NCBI GenBank assembly: GCA_019056785.1
Contig: DXJV01000073.1
Span: 39,957 to 103,956 of the forward strand
DNA: 64,000 nucleotides
Origin: Candidatus Heimdallarchaeota archaeon
GTDB lineage: Archaea; Asgardarchaeota; Heimdallarchaeia; JABLTI01
Direction of reading: 5' to 3'
This document shows, one piece after another, positions 8,084 to 18,483 of this stretch. The position numbers were made by a program, and so were the translations under genes. The notes beneath the pieces were generated by a model. The model was not told the DNA's origin. It saw only the letters and a program-made list of their open reading frames with translations, and made no database searches. How positions within the stretch are numbered: the first letter of the stretch is position 1; each line of letters opens with the position of its first letter.

Positions 8084-10111
8084 TTAACCTCCTTTTAAGG
8101 ACTCATATCTATCAAAGGACATCTGCCAAAACGCTCGCCCTTCTGTTTCCGAGCGCAAGGCTTGATCAATGCCAAACGACTCAGCAACCGGTAAATTCCC
8201 AGTTATGATGAGAAGGTCTTGGTCAGTTCTTACATCAAGTACTGCCCCCTGTCGTTTATTAAGGATAGCAGTCACTTTTCCGAGGTAGGAGGCCGGAATG
8301 GTTATTTGGATGCGATAAATGGGTTCCTGTATTGTTATCTTTCCTTTCCTTAACGCTTCCCAGACAGCATTTCTCATTGCGGGGACTGTGTGTTCGAACT
8401 TCTCGCTTCCTTCTACAGTGAACTCTTTTAAAATTACTCTGACCTCTGAAACGGGCTTGGAAGCAATAGGGCCAGAAGCGAGGGCATTTTCTGCCCCTAG
8501 CAAAATATTTTCTACAGCATCCTTTGAAAGCTGCTGGAAAAGAACAGCAGGAATAATGATTTCATTTTGGTACTGTGGCAGTTTGACAATCTTGTCATTT
8601 TTTTCAGGCGATGTGGCAGAAGATGTATAAGGGATAGTGGCCGGTTCGACAGAAAGGCTAATGGTGGTACCAAACATTTCATATGTAACTATTCCACTGG
8701 GCTGTTCGATTTTTTCCACTAATACTACCAAAGGTTTGGATGCTGTACATCGGATCTCCTTTGAAAGTTCTTTAACCACTGTTTCAAGATGCAATTCTCC
8801 CAATCCCATCAATAAAATCTCTCCTGATTGATCATCAATACGAACAGAGAGGTTGGGGTCCTCGAGATCAAACCGTTCCAACAAATGTTTTAATTGTGGG
8901 AGGTCACGGAGCATTTCAGGTTCGATTGCCACTGTTACCACTGGATTTGCGAGATACTTTATCTCTTCGAAAGGAGTCATTTTAGTCGTTTTATTGTCAA
9001 CAAGTGTCTCCCCTGGAGAAACTTTTCCTAACCCTGAGAGTGCTACTGTATTCCCAGCGGGGACTGCTACGACTCGTTTTTTCTCTTCGCCCATAAATAC
9101 GTAAAGGTTTTGAACTTTCTTAACTTCGTTTGTATTTAGAAGCCTAACCGTCATTTTTTCCTTTAGTATGCCGGAGAATACTCTGCCAAGAACCAATAAC
9201 CCCACATGGGGGTCCACTAAAAGTTTTGTAGTGCCAAAAACCATTGGAGCAGATTCGTCCTTTGAACATGCTACAAGTGCTTTGCCAATCGGGCTGTCTA
9301 TAGCTCCCTTCCAAATTTTCCGCAGTCGGTATTTTTGGGCGCTAATGGGGTCAGGCAAATGGTCAATTATCATATCAACCAAAGGTTCCTCTATCGGGAG
9401 CATTTGCTGGAGTGCTGCGATGTCATTTTCTTGATACAGCTTGTAAATTGTATCAAAAGTAATATTCTTTTCCTTCGCAAGTGGGACAGAAAGCGCCCAG
9501 CGATGAAGTGCAGAACCAAAAACCACACTCCCTTTTTTTGTTGAAACACGCCAAGCTGGTAATGAGGTTTTTTTGGAATATTGCTTTATCAAGAGGTTAA
9601 AATTAGTATAAATAATTTCAATGCGTTCAGCAATCTCTTTTGGCGGAAGTTTGAGTTCGTTTATTAGTCGGTCGATTTTATTGATAAAGAGGATCGGTTT
9701 AACGCCTTCTGTTATGCATTGGCGAATGACCGTTTCGGTTTGCGCCATTATTTGCTCTACTGCATCCACAACAACAATTGCCCCATCAACAATGCGTAAT
9801 GCACGAGCAACTTTCCCAGAAAAGTCGACATGCCCTGGGCTGTCAATAAGGTTAATAAGAAAGTCACTGTCGTTTTTCTTAATAATGAGGGAGATATTGG
9901 CTGTTTTCATAGTAATGCCCCGGCGTTGCTCTTCTGGTAGGAAGTCAAGCGCGCGGGCTTCTCCGGCGGTGGAAGGAGCAAGAATACCTGCAATGGCCAG
10001 CAGCGAATCTGATAAAGTGGTTTTTCCATGATCTATATGTGCTACTAAGGCAATGTTTCGGATGCGCTCTTGTTGCTCCATAAGAGAGCTTATTTGATCA
10101 ATTAGCCGCAT
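8084..10111 (-). CDS. Elongation factor 2 paralog (aEF-2p type, lacks diphthamide site)
   Basis: AHIDHGKTT, RGIT, DSPGHVDF, NKID, GLGELHLE, LRSETEG. Domain IV is shortened and has no HRG motif. Probable start is MRLIDQ at 10111. Confidence 0.88.
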   Translation of the reverse strand: MRLIDQISSLMEQQERIRNIALVAHIDHGKTTLSDSLLAIAGILAPSTAGEARALDFLPEEQRRGITMKTANISLIIKKNDSDFLINLIDSPGHVDFSGKVARALRIVDGAIVVVDAVEQIMAQTETVIRQCITEGVKPILFINKIDRLINELKLPPKEIAERIEIIYTNFNLLIKQYSKKTSLPAWRVSTKKGSVVFGSALHRWALSVPLAKEKNITFDTIYKLYQENDIAALQQMLPIEEPLVDMIIDHLPDPISAQKYRLRKIWKGAIDSPIGKALVACSKDESAPMVFGTTKLLVDPHVGLLVLGRVFSGILKEKMTVRLLNTNEVKKVQNLYVFMGEEKKRVVAVPAGNTVALSGLGKVSPGETLVDNKTTKMTPFEEIKYLANPVVTVAIEPEMLRDLPQLKHLLERFDLEDPNLSVRIDDQSGEILLMGLGELHLETVVKELSKEIRCTASKPLVVLVEKIEQPSGIVTYEMFGTTISLSVEPATIPYTSSATSPEKNDKIVKLPQYQNEIIIPAVLFQQLSKDAVENILLGAENALASGPIASKPVSEVRVILKEFTVEGSEKFEHTVPAMRNAVWEALRKGKITIQEPIYRIQITIPASYLGKVTAILNKRQGAVLDVRTDQDLLIITGNLPVAESFGIDQALRSETEGRAFWQMSFDRYESLKGG

Positions 10112-10157
10112 TTTTCTTTCCCAGCTTCTCTTTTTTCTATAGAGGGCAATAAGAACC

Positions 10158-10430
10158 TCAACCGCCATGTGCCAACGGCAAAATAGTTACTACTTGGTTT
10201 GGCTTTAAAGGCACATCAAAGAGGTGCAATCGTTTCGCATCTTTTTGGTCGACCATTATCAATAGGTCTGCTCTGATAGCGTCGTCTTTAAACAGCAAGT
10301 TGGAAATATGAGGGTATTGTTTACAAACTTGCTGGAGTGCTTTTAGTAAGGTTGTCTGTTCTGGCAACTCGAGGGTGATTTTTTCTTTTTGATTAAATAT
10401 CGATCCTTTAAAGTCGAAAGAGACATTCAT
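10158..10430 (-). CDS. Ubiquitin-like beta-grasp protein (Urm1/SAMP/MoaD family)
   Basis: 90 aa, ends ILPLAHGG (di-glycine, Urm1-like HGG). Confidence 0.85.
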   Translation of the reverse strand: MNVSFDFKGSIFNQKEKITLELPEQTTLLKALQQVCKQYPHISNLLFKDDAIRADLLIMVDQKDAKRLHLFDVPLKPNQVVTILPLAHGG

Positions 10431-10487
10431 GTTACGTTTCCCCTCGTTTCACCAACAGAAGAACAGCTAATTAAGTATTTCAGTCTC

Positions 10488-10763
10488 TTAGGAATTTGCG
10501 GCTTGAAAAATGACGGTAACCCAATCTTCCACGGTTATTCCTGGTGTTAAGAACTGTTGTTTAGAGTAAAAGGCAGCAATTACCTCTGACAGCGCTTCCT
10601 TGTTTATGGGCACCCCGATAAGGCTGTTTTCAAACTGTTCAAGAGAGTCTTCCGGGTAGACAAAAAAATCCCCTGTAAGAGAGATCTGCTCAATTTTCCC
10701 CTCGCTTAAAAGGAGCTCAACTTCTATTACGCCTTTTTTTGTTCGTACTCTCGCTGTTTTCAA
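10488..10763 (-). CDS. Lipoate-protein ligase C-terminal domain protein (LplB-like)
   Basis: KGVIEV...I.LTGDFFVYPE..LE..L.G pattern. Confidence 0.8.
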   Translation of the reverse strand: MKTARVRTKKGVIEVELLLSEGKIEQISLTGDFFVYPEDSLEQFENSLIGVPINKEALSEVIAAFYSKQQFLTPGITVEDWVTVIFQAANS

Positions 10764-10871
10764 TGAGGATTCACGCTCAAAAACTCTAGCCGTTTTTTAT
10801 ATAAATTAAAGCATAATAAAAGTGTTGATTGCTAAAAAGAAAAAGAGCTTAGCAAAGGGCAACAGCCCTTC

Positions 10872-11285
10872 TTACTTCTTTCCCGGCGAGACAAGTTCCA
10901 TTAAGTGTGCTTCTATTTCCTTTAAGGAAGCAGTCAGCTCTGTTAAAGCAAGGCCCTTTTCGAGTAAGACTGTGACATTATCAATTGATTCTTCTGCCTC
11001 TTTTAATCGCTCGTCTCGTAATTTTGCCAATTCTTGAACAATGGGCTCTAAGTCGGCTTTGGTTAGCATAACTTTTGCCATTTGGTCAATTCGATCCTCT
11101 AAGGGGCTTAGGTCAACAGGCATCCCAGCTCCTGAAGAAACAGAGGGAACCTCAGCTGCGGCTGCACCGCTCTCATTTACTTTATTTAAAATTTGAATCA
11201 ATTGAAAATTCAGCCTATCAATTTTACTTGATAATTCACTAACGGCATTTTTCAACTCTTTTACTTCTTGTTCGATTTTTGCCAT
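10872..11285 (-). CDS. Hypothetical coiled-coil protein
   Basis: Two helical heptad segments joined by an A/S/G/P linker. Confidence 0.65.
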   Translation of the reverse strand: MAKIEQEVKELKNAVSELSSKIDRLNFQLIQILNKVNESGAAAAEVPSVSSGAGMPVDLSPLEDRIDQMAKVMLTKADLEPIVQELAKLRDERLKEAEESIDNVTVLLEKGLALTELTASLKEIEAHLMELVSPGKK

Positions 11286-11321
11286 TGTTTTAACCTTTCC
11301 TTTTTTTATGCTACTTTTGGA

Positions 11322-12236
11322 TTAAAATCCACCGATGTTTATTGTCAAAAGGCGAAGCTCGATAAATATCTTGTAGGAGATCCACCCAACAAGAACCATA
11401 ATTGTGGAATGTTTTAGGCCGGCGCTTGCTTTTCCTTCGCCCATTTTTCCTGCAACTAATCCACTAAAAAGGCCTTCAATAATTGTCATATGCAAGAAAA
11501 GAATGGTATAAGAGGCCAAGATCTGCGGGGGAAGGCCCATGCTTTGTCCGCCAAAGCCCACATCCTGAAACTCGAGATACATCTCTGACATCGGATAGAA
11601 GAATGTTTGGAATAAAACAACAATCACAAGGAGGAAGATAAAGAAAGCAGCATATATAATCCAGATGTACGGTTTCATCTGTCCTAAACGCTCCTTCTTG
11701 AGGGCAAGTATGTCTTCTACATGCTTTTGTGCGGAATCAAAAATGTCTTCGATAACTCCTCCTGAGCGTTGCGCTTCTAGGATAAGGATTGCTGCTCGGT
11801 TATTTAGTTCTGTGTCAGCATAATTTGTGAAAGAACGCATCGCTTGATCAAACGGAATCCCCCAAGAGATTTTCGCGGCCATTTTCTTTAGCTCAGGGGT
11901 GAGTGGGCCATAGTTCCGCTTCGAAGATTCAGTTATTGCTCGTGGGAGTGAAAGGCCGGTCCTTTGGGCATCTGCAATATCACGCAACAAATTCGGTAAG
12001 TTTGAATCAATCCCTTCTCTCCAATGACTGTCGATATAAAATGCAATTGATGGAGGAGCGATTGCTATAAGAATGCCCAGGGCAATAAAGTCACTCGGGG
12101 TGATTGATTCGCCTAAGGAAAATACTTCTGCCCATATAAGCGCGGCAATTGTTCCCATAACCAGACCTAATAAAATTGATACCACCCAGACAATTGTTTG
12201 AATTTTTTGTGGGACTTTTGGCAAATTATCACACAC
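11322..12236 (-). CDS. Type II secretion system F / TadC-like pilus platform protein
   Basis: LPNLLRDIADAQRTGLSLPRAI...YGPL, SGG, GLVAGKMGEG, multiple TM helices. Confidence 0.9.
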   Translation of the reverse strand: MCDNLPKVPQKIQTIVWVVSILLGLVMGTIAALIWAEVFSLGESITPSDFIALGILIAIAPPSIAFYIDSHWREGIDSNLPNLLRDIADAQRTGLSLPRAITESSKRNYGPLTPELKKMAAKISWGIPFDQAMRSFTNYADTELNNRAAILILEAQRSGGVIEDIFDSAQKHVEDILALKKERLGQMKPYIWIIYAAFFIFLLVIVVLFQTFFYPMSEMYLEFQDVGFGGQSMGLPPQILASYTILFLHMTIIEGLFSGLVAGKMGEGKASAGLKHSTIMVLVGWISYKIFIELRLLTINIGGF

Positions 12237-12645
12237 CAGATTTATTTTCTATTTCTAATTACTTTTCACGCAATTCTTTTTCCGAGAACGCTGAGACAAA
12301 TTGTTCTCGTTCTTAAGATAGTTTCATATGATGGAACAATTTGACCCATCCGTTTGTTATATTGAAAATCTATCTTTTTGGTATTATAATTTTACCATCA
12401 TGGATTTTTAACTTTCCGCTATGACCGAAGTTCTTTTTAAAGGGTTTAAAAGCACTCGGTGGCTTTTCGAGGGCAGTACCTGAGCTTTTTTCCCAGCAAA
12501 CGTCTGTTCCAATAAATAATTAAATACTCAAAGCAAAAATATTTTAGCAAAAAACAATCTCTTCTTTATAGAGATATCTTCTAACCCAAGATACTGGAGA
12601 GCAACAAAGACAAGCCGAGAAAAAACCATTGGAGAAACAATTGGT

Positions 12646-13737
12646 ATGATAAAACGGATCTTTAAGAACAGACGGGGGCAAATCCAAGGAGTGGATTTTG
12701 CTCTTGCAATGATTGTTTTCATGATAATGTTTGCTGAAGTGATAGTACTTTCGCTCTCCTTCCTTGAGCCGAAATACCAAAACCTCGAGGATAGAGCCTT
12801 TGAATCTCGCGCAGAGGAAATTTCAGAAGCGTTCTTCGCAAGCGCGGGCTACCCCGAGAAATGGGAATATACCTATCCCGGAGCGCTTAATTCATTTGGT
12901 TTGCGCAAGATTGGTTCCACAGCTCTCGATGCTAACAAGCTTGCCCGTGTTGTTCCAAACAGTCTCTATGAGCTTAATTATGAAGCTGTTAAGAGCTTGA
13001 TTTCACGAGAAGAGGAGATTGGCTTTCAACTGCAACTTCGGAGTTTATTTGAAGTTACAGGTACATTTACCATGGCAATCCCTACCAGTTCGATTTCCGT
13101 GAGCACTTCAGAAACAGGGTGCAGCATCTGGGTTTTTGTTATAGGACCAACAAATGAAGTCATCTTCACACAACGAGCTGCAACAAATAGCTCCGGTGGT
13201 TTTGAGGTATCGTTTGCCACGAGTACTTTGCCAAACGGCTATTATACTCTTGTTGTTTTTGCTAAAAACTCCAAAGGGATTTTTGCCGTAGACTATGCCC
13301 AAGCTGTACGGGGCACTTATGTTGACCTTGCATTGAAAATGCTCATCCAGGAAGATAAAAATAGCAATGGACGTGCCATTATTCAAGCAAGTCATAATGG
13401 TTCAGCCACCTCACTCAGCGCGACGATTGTTTATCCTTACTTAATCGGCGGAGAAGCAAATGCAAATGATTCAAAAACTATTGCCTCTCCTGCCCAGAAT
13501 GAGATATTTAATTTGCGCCTGGTGACTAATGGCACGAGCGTCGTAATTCTCTCAGCCGATTCATTGCTAGGGGCAGCAAGAACCGTAGGCATATACCCGG
13601 CACAACTGAACCAAAAGTTCGGCTCTTTTGGGGAGGTCCAACTCCCAGAGAACAAGCAAGTCGTCACTGTTGAGAAATTAGTGATAATTCGAGAATGTAT
13701 TTTTAAGGCGGTGTTATATCTTTGGTCCGAAAGTTAA
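12646..13737 (+). CDS. Class III signal peptide (type IV pilin-like) protein
   Basis: KNRRG|QIQGVDFALAMIVF cleavage motif followed by hydrophobic helix. Confidence 0.8.
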   Translation: MIKRIFKNRRGQIQGVDFALAMIVFMIMFAEVIVLSLSFLEPKYQNLEDRAFESRAEEISEAFFASAGYPEKWEYTYPGALNSFGLRKIGSTALDANKLARVVPNSLYELNYEAVKSLISREEEIGFQLQLRSLFEVTGTFTMAIPTSSISVSTSETGCSIWVFVIGPTNEVIFTQRAATNSSGGFEVSFATSTLPNGYYTLVVFAKNSKGIFAVDYAQAVRGTYVDLALKMLIQEDKNSNGRAIIQASHNGSATSLSATIVYPYLIGGEANANDSKTIASPAQNEIFNLRLVTNGTSVVILSADSLLGAARTVGIYPAQLNQKFGSFGEVQLPENKQVVTVEKLVIIRECIFKAVLYLWSES

Positions 13738-14177
13738 TCAAAAAAACAACCCTGAAAACAAAGAAAGGACAGCTCTTCCTCCTCGAAGTATTTATCGCAT
13801 TATCAGTCCTTATCTTATTAATGATTGCTCTGTTTCAAGTAGAGCTTATTACCCAACCAAACTATCAAGAAAATCTTTCAACGTTGGGCTACAACACCTT
13901 GGATTCACTTAACGAAGCCGGAATTTTGAAGCCGCTGATTTATAATCAACAGATTACCGAGCTAAAAGAAAGTATAAATGGCGCTCTTCCAGAAACAGTC
14001 TTTTGGCGCCTTTCTGTAAGAGACAGTGCGGGAACCGTCTTATTTGACGTTTATTGGGATAGAACGCCCCCTCTTGATTTGACTATTGGGGTAACCGACT
14101 ACATTCTTTATGGAATGGCTGATGGACTGGATCAGTATCAAGTTCTTCATTTAGAATTATGGCAACTTGTAGGGTGA
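13722..14177 (+). CDS. Type IV pilin-like protein
   Basis: KTKKG|QLFLLEVFIALSVL class III signal. Confidence 0.8.
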   Translation: MVRKLIKKTTLKTKKGQLFLLEVFIALSVLILLMIALFQVELITQPNYQENLSTLGYNTLDSLNEAGILKPLIYNQQITELKESINGALPETVFWRLSVRDSAGTVLFDVYWDRTPPLDLTIGVTDYILYGMADGLDQYQVLHLELWQLVG

Positions 14178-14185
14178 TATTAAAA

Positions 14186-14869
14186 ATGAAGCTTTTTAAA
14201 AAACTCTTAAAAGAAAAGAAAGGGGAGATCTTCCTCGTTTGCACTATAATTATAATTATCTATATGCTCTCCTTCATTGGCATACTTTATGAACTCAATG
14301 TTAAACAATATAATAAGACCATTGAAGTGCAAGATTTTGAAGCTGCCTTTTCAAACTTCCAAACGGAGACCAACAATTTTGTCAAATCGTTACTGGCGAA
14401 TTATTCCCAACCATTAACTATCATTGTAAGTAATGCAACGGCAGTACAACTGATGACAAACTGGCTCACCTTTGCAGAACAGCAACTTGCTCTCCGCGGA
14501 TATACCGCAGTTTTTGCTGTTGAGCAGACTGTAGAACCATTTCTACTTCGCAAAGCAAATGGCTTCATTGGTTTGCAAGGCAGGATTAGCGTTTATCTTA
14601 GCTGCACGTATGAAACAATTGACACGCAATTTCGCTATAATATCAATTACACTTTGAGTTTTACCAATCAACCAACTTATGCGCTTATTGAGCTGATGGG
14701 GCATTCCACTTCAGGCGACTTTTACATTGGCTATGCAGAGGTAACAGTGAATGGTGGAGCAACAACCAGTTATTATAACGGCACATACTATTATTCGGCT
14801 CCCCTTGTTGCAACTGATACTATACAAGCAATCACAAACGAGCAAATAATTGTCACTTATGTTGTCTAA
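14186..14869 (+). CDS. Type IV pilin-like protein
   Basis: KEKKG|EIFLVCTIIIIIY class III-like signal. ATG at 14186 follows GGTGA. Confidence 0.72.
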   Translation: MKLFKKLLKEKKGEIFLVCTIIIIIYMLSFIGILYELNVKQYNKTIEVQDFEAAFSNFQTETNNFVKSLLANYSQPLTIIVSNATAVQLMTNWLTFAEQQLALRGYTAVFAVEQTVEPFLLRKANGFIGLQGRISVYLSCTYETIDTQFRYNINYTLSFTNQPTYALIELMGHSTSGDFYIGYAEVTVNGGATTSYYNGTYYYSAPLVATDTIQAITNEQIIVTYVV

Positions 14870-14919
14870 GAAAAATGAAGAAAAACAAACATTTTCCCTT
14901 CTTCTGCCGGTGATATTAG

Positions 14920-15528
14920 TTAGAGATTCACTTCAAGCGCGATTTTCACAGCTTTTTTCATCATTGCTAATGACATTGATGGCAAAGCTTTCTCTTTCTT
15001 AGCTACTTGCTCTGGGAGGTAGGGAACATGGAGAAAACCATATTTGCTTGGTAACTGGTATGTAGTTATATAATGTAAGGTGCCATAAATGAGGTTATTG
15101 CACACATAGGTTGACGCGCTATAGGAAAGTATTGCTGGAATACCCGCTCGAGTGATGGCTGTCACGGTTCTACGGCAATCAATGGTAGTAAAATATGCTG
15201 CTGGGCCATCTTTAACAATAAGTTCATCTTTGGGTTTATTTCCCTCGTTATCAGCAATTCTAGCATCATTAATATTAATCCCTATTTTTTCTACGGCAAT
15301 TGTATTTCGCCCGCCTGCTTGACCAATAGAGAGAATCAAAGCGGGCTTTGCTTTTGCTATTGCTTGTTCTAATATTTCAATAGCCTTTCCAAAAACAACT
15401 GGAAGTTTGATGGTGAGTAATTCGCACCCTGGCAACTGTTCTTTGCTTAAATCGGTTATTATTTCCAGTGCAGGATTAAGTTTATCCTCTCCAAATGGTT
15501 CAAAGCCTGTAAGAATAACGCGTTGCAT
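14920..15528 (-). CDS. pcp: Pyroglutamyl-peptidase I
   Basis: LTGFEPFG..NP, GQAGGR, YVCN (catalytic Cys), GFLHVP. Confidence 0.96.
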   Translation of the reverse strand: MQRVILTGFEPFGEDKLNPALEIITDLSKEQLPGCELLTIKLPVVFGKAIEILEQAIAKAKPALILSIGQAGGRNTIAVEKIGININDARIADNEGNKPKDELIVKDGPAAYFTTIDCRRTVTAITRAGIPAILSYSASTYVCNNLIYGTLHYITTYQLPSKYGFLHVPYLPEQVAKKEKALPSMSLAMMKKAVKIALEVNL

Positions 15529-15670
15529 AATGCTACCACCTTAATCAATTAGTGGTGGTTGTTCCTTTTAAAACTTGAGTCCTTTAGAAATTCCCAAATA
15601 GAAACGTATAAATGATTTAAAGGAGACCATTTCTTTAATTGACTGTGTTAAAGCAATTGGAGTAACAGCA

Positions 15671-16462
15671 ATGAGTTCTGAAGGCACAATCGTTCGATGC
15701 CCCATTTGTAATGAGACATCCCCTCAAGGATACTTGCTCTGTCCCTATTGTGGGGCGGACCTTACTGCGGTTTATCAAGAGAAATTATTCCCTCCAGTTA
15801 CTTATAAAGAGACCTTCTTCCGGATCAAACGCCTGATCACCCAACCCAGAATGATTGCTCAAGACATTGCCGATAACCCCGATAATAAAGCATCCTTTCT
15901 CTTTAGTGTGGCAATTGCCTTTGCTTTTTCATTGCAAATTGTTGCCTATTTAATTCACACTCACAGTTTGAATTGGAAGGTTTATCCTGGAGTCTTCTTG
16001 TTAAGCTGGATTTTGACTTTATTACTGCCGATTCTCGTATGGCTTATTGGCAGCTGGATTATTCGAACAATTACTCGTCTTTTAGGCGGGAAAGCTACCA
16101 GTAAACAAATCCGAGCTGCCGTTGGTTATGCTTTCCTTCCGGTGACTGCAGCAGAGTTACTTATTGCTCTTCTCTTTCTAATTGGGCTTCCTTGGCGAAC
16201 TATTGATACTGTTGATATTGGCACCATTGTTTCCCAATTTTTAGAAATGCGGAACTCTTTCATGGGTATTTTCGGGATGATAATCCATTTTTTGGGGTTT
16301 CTAGCGGCGGGTTTTTATATGGTACTCATCGTAAAACCCGCAAGCAATTTTTCCTGGATAGAAGCAGCAATTAGTGTGGGTATCCCCCTCCTTGTTTTTT
16401 TGATTCTTATGATAACCTATTATGTCGGAACTAGCACAATAGAGGTTACACCCCCGCCGTGA
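15671..16462 (+). CDS. Yip1-family membrane protein with N-terminal zinc ribbon
   Basis: CPIC..CPYCG, then Yip1-like pattern (LITQP, RLLGGKAT..Q...AVGYAFLP), 5 TM helices. Confidence 0.75.
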   Translation: MSSEGTIVRCPICNETSPQGYLLCPYCGADLTAVYQEKLFPPVTYKETFFRIKRLITQPRMIAQDIADNPDNKASFLFSVAIAFAFSLQIVAYLIHTHSLNWKVYPGVFLLSWILTLLLPILVWLIGSWIIRTITRLLGGKATSKQIRAAVGYAFLPVTAAELLIALLFLIGLPWRTIDTVDIGTIVSQFLEMRNSFMGIFGMIIHFLGFLAAGFYMVLIVKPASNFSWIEAAISVGIPLLVFLILMITYYVGTSTIEVTPPP

Positions 16463-16555
16463 TTTTCAAACATCAAACAAAATTATAAATAGTCTTTTCC
16501 TTGCTGTCTAGTTTAATTTTCATAGTTGTAATGCAGATAACAAGCTGGTTGACAA

Positions 16556-18478
16556 ATGGCATATAAAGAAGAAAAACCCCCTAAAGAAAAGGTTGAGGAA
16601 GAAAAAGTTAATGTAAAAAAGGGTGACAAACATCCTCAAAATAAAAAGCAATTAACAGACGAACAGCGACAAGCACGAAAGAAGAAGATTATTAAAACAT
16701 CGATTATTGCTTTTGTAATTGTTGCTTTAACCGTAGGTGTGTCATTTCTTGGGCCTTCAGATATGAAACCCGGTGTGTATCGTGTTGAATTGACCTTTAC
16801 TTTTTCCCCGACACCTGAAACCATTGAATTTAATATCACCATGGCTAGTGCTGAAAATACGGAAGTTCTCGAGTATTATCTTCCAATTGGAAGTACCGGG
16901 CAATCTTGTCTCGTGGTCACAGAAAAGGCTTACAAATCTGCAACTCATTCTGAAGTAATTTTTAAAGTTGGCATTCTCGATTCCCATAATAATTCTGTGC
17001 AGAATCTCGAACTAAAAGAAGTGACTGGGAAAATTTTTGGACCAAATATGGAACGGAAAATCCGCCCTATTACCGATACCACTGTTCATAGCTCACTCTT
17101 GGGAGAAACAATCAATGCATTCTATTTTAAAATGGCTGTTCCTTTCAAAGCAGGTATAGCTTTAGCACTATTAGTATTGATAGCGGGTCTTTGGATAACT
17201 GAAATTGTCCCCACTATTGTTGGCGCCTTCTTGGTTCCTATTGCAGTTGTTGTTATGCAAATTTCCTCTACGGCTGAAGCTTTGACCCCCTTCTTTGATC
17301 CTGTTATTGCTCTTTTTCTTGGCGGATTTATTATTGCAGAAGCCTTAAAGAAGCATAATATTGACCGTCGGTTGGCTTTGGGCATTGTGAGTAAGGCAAG
17401 ATTTCGACCGTCTATGCTTATCTTACTCTTGATGGGGGTTTCGGCCTTTCTTTCCATGTGGATGAGTAACACTGCCAGTGCAGCGGTCATGATCCCAATT
17501 GCTATTGCCCTTGTATCACAAATCGAAAAGAGCGAGGGAGCGCAAAAAACGCTGGGCTTTAAAAAAGCAATTGTTCTTGGCATTGGATATGCAGCAACCA
17601 CAGGGGGAATTGCCTCTGTCATAGGTACCCCCGCCAATCCTATAGCCATTGCTGGGTTAAATGAAGTTGGTATTGAAATCTCGTTTCTAAAATGGTTTGG
17701 CTTTGGGTTGCCGTTTGTTTTCATCATGTTGTTTATTATCTGGGGTTATTTACTTTTAGTCTTTAAACCAAAAGTATCAAAGGAAAGCCTTGGTGAAGTT
17801 CAACTCCAATTCAAAGAAGAATTAAAGAAATTAGGAAAAATGGATGCAAAACAATGGATTACAGTGGTCATTTTCATTATAACCATTCTTCTCTGGCTAT
17901 TAGCGAAACCCATCAAAACTTGGACCGGCGGAACGATTGCATTGAGCTCAGGAATAATAGCTCTTTTTGCTGTAGTGTTAATTTTCGGCACGGGCACCCT
18001 TGAGCCGAAGGATGTAAAAAACGTTAATTGGAACGCCCTGTTCTTATTTGGTGGTGGGTTAAGCCTCGGGCAAGCCCTCACCGCAACAGGTATTGGAGAT
18101 TGGATCGCTTCAAATATGGGTGTCATAGAAGGCAAGCATTTTATCGTCATCTCCTTAATTGTTGGTGGGATTTCTTTGTTAGTAACAGCTGTTGCAAGTA
18201 ACACCGCAAGCGCAGCAATGCTTATCCCCCTTGTAATCCCTATCGCATTTAGTATTGGCATTGACCCAACCCTTTTAGCGCTCATTGTTGCTATTGGCTC
18301 GAGTGTAGATTATGCACTTGTTTTTGGCACACCCCCCACAATGATCAGCTATTCTACTGGCTATTTTAGTGTAAAAGAAATCTTCCGTATTGGAAGTATC
18401 TTGGACCTTATTGGCATCTTGTTACTTTCAACTGTTTCCGTACTACTGTGGGCGGCATTTGGCTTGATCGCTGTGTGA
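16556..18478 (+). CDS. SLC13/DASS di-/tricarboxylate or sulfate transporter with N-terminal extension
   Basis: SMWMSNTA, IGTPAN, ASNTA, GTPPT motifs. Confidence 0.92.
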   Translation: MAYKEEKPPKEKVEEEKVNVKKGDKHPQNKKQLTDEQRQARKKKIIKTSIIAFVIVALTVGVSFLGPSDMKPGVYRVELTFTFSPTPETIEFNITMASAENTEVLEYYLPIGSTGQSCLVVTEKAYKSATHSEVIFKVGILDSHNNSVQNLELKEVTGKIFGPNMERKIRPITDTTVHSSLLGETINAFYFKMAVPFKAGIALALLVLIAGLWITEIVPTIVGAFLVPIAVVVMQISSTAEALTPFFDPVIALFLGGFIIAEALKKHNIDRRLALGIVSKARFRPSMLILLLMGVSAFLSMWMSNTASAAVMIPIAIALVSQIEKSEGAQKTLGFKKAIVLGIGYAATTGGIASVIGTPANPIAIAGLNEVGIEISFLKWFGFGLPFVFIMLFIIWGYLLLVFKPKVSKESLGEVQLQFKEELKKLGKMDAKQWITVVIFIITILLWLLAKPIKTWTGGTIALSSGIIALFAVVLIFGTGTLEPKDVKNVNWNALFLFGGGLSLGQALTATGIGDWIASNMGVIEGKHFIVISLIVGGISLLVTAVASNTASAAMLIPLVIPIAFSIGIDPTLLALIVAIGSSVDYALVFGTPPTMISYSTGYFSVKEIFRIGSILDLIGILLLSTVSVLLWAAFGLIAV

Positions 18479-18483
18479 GCGGG

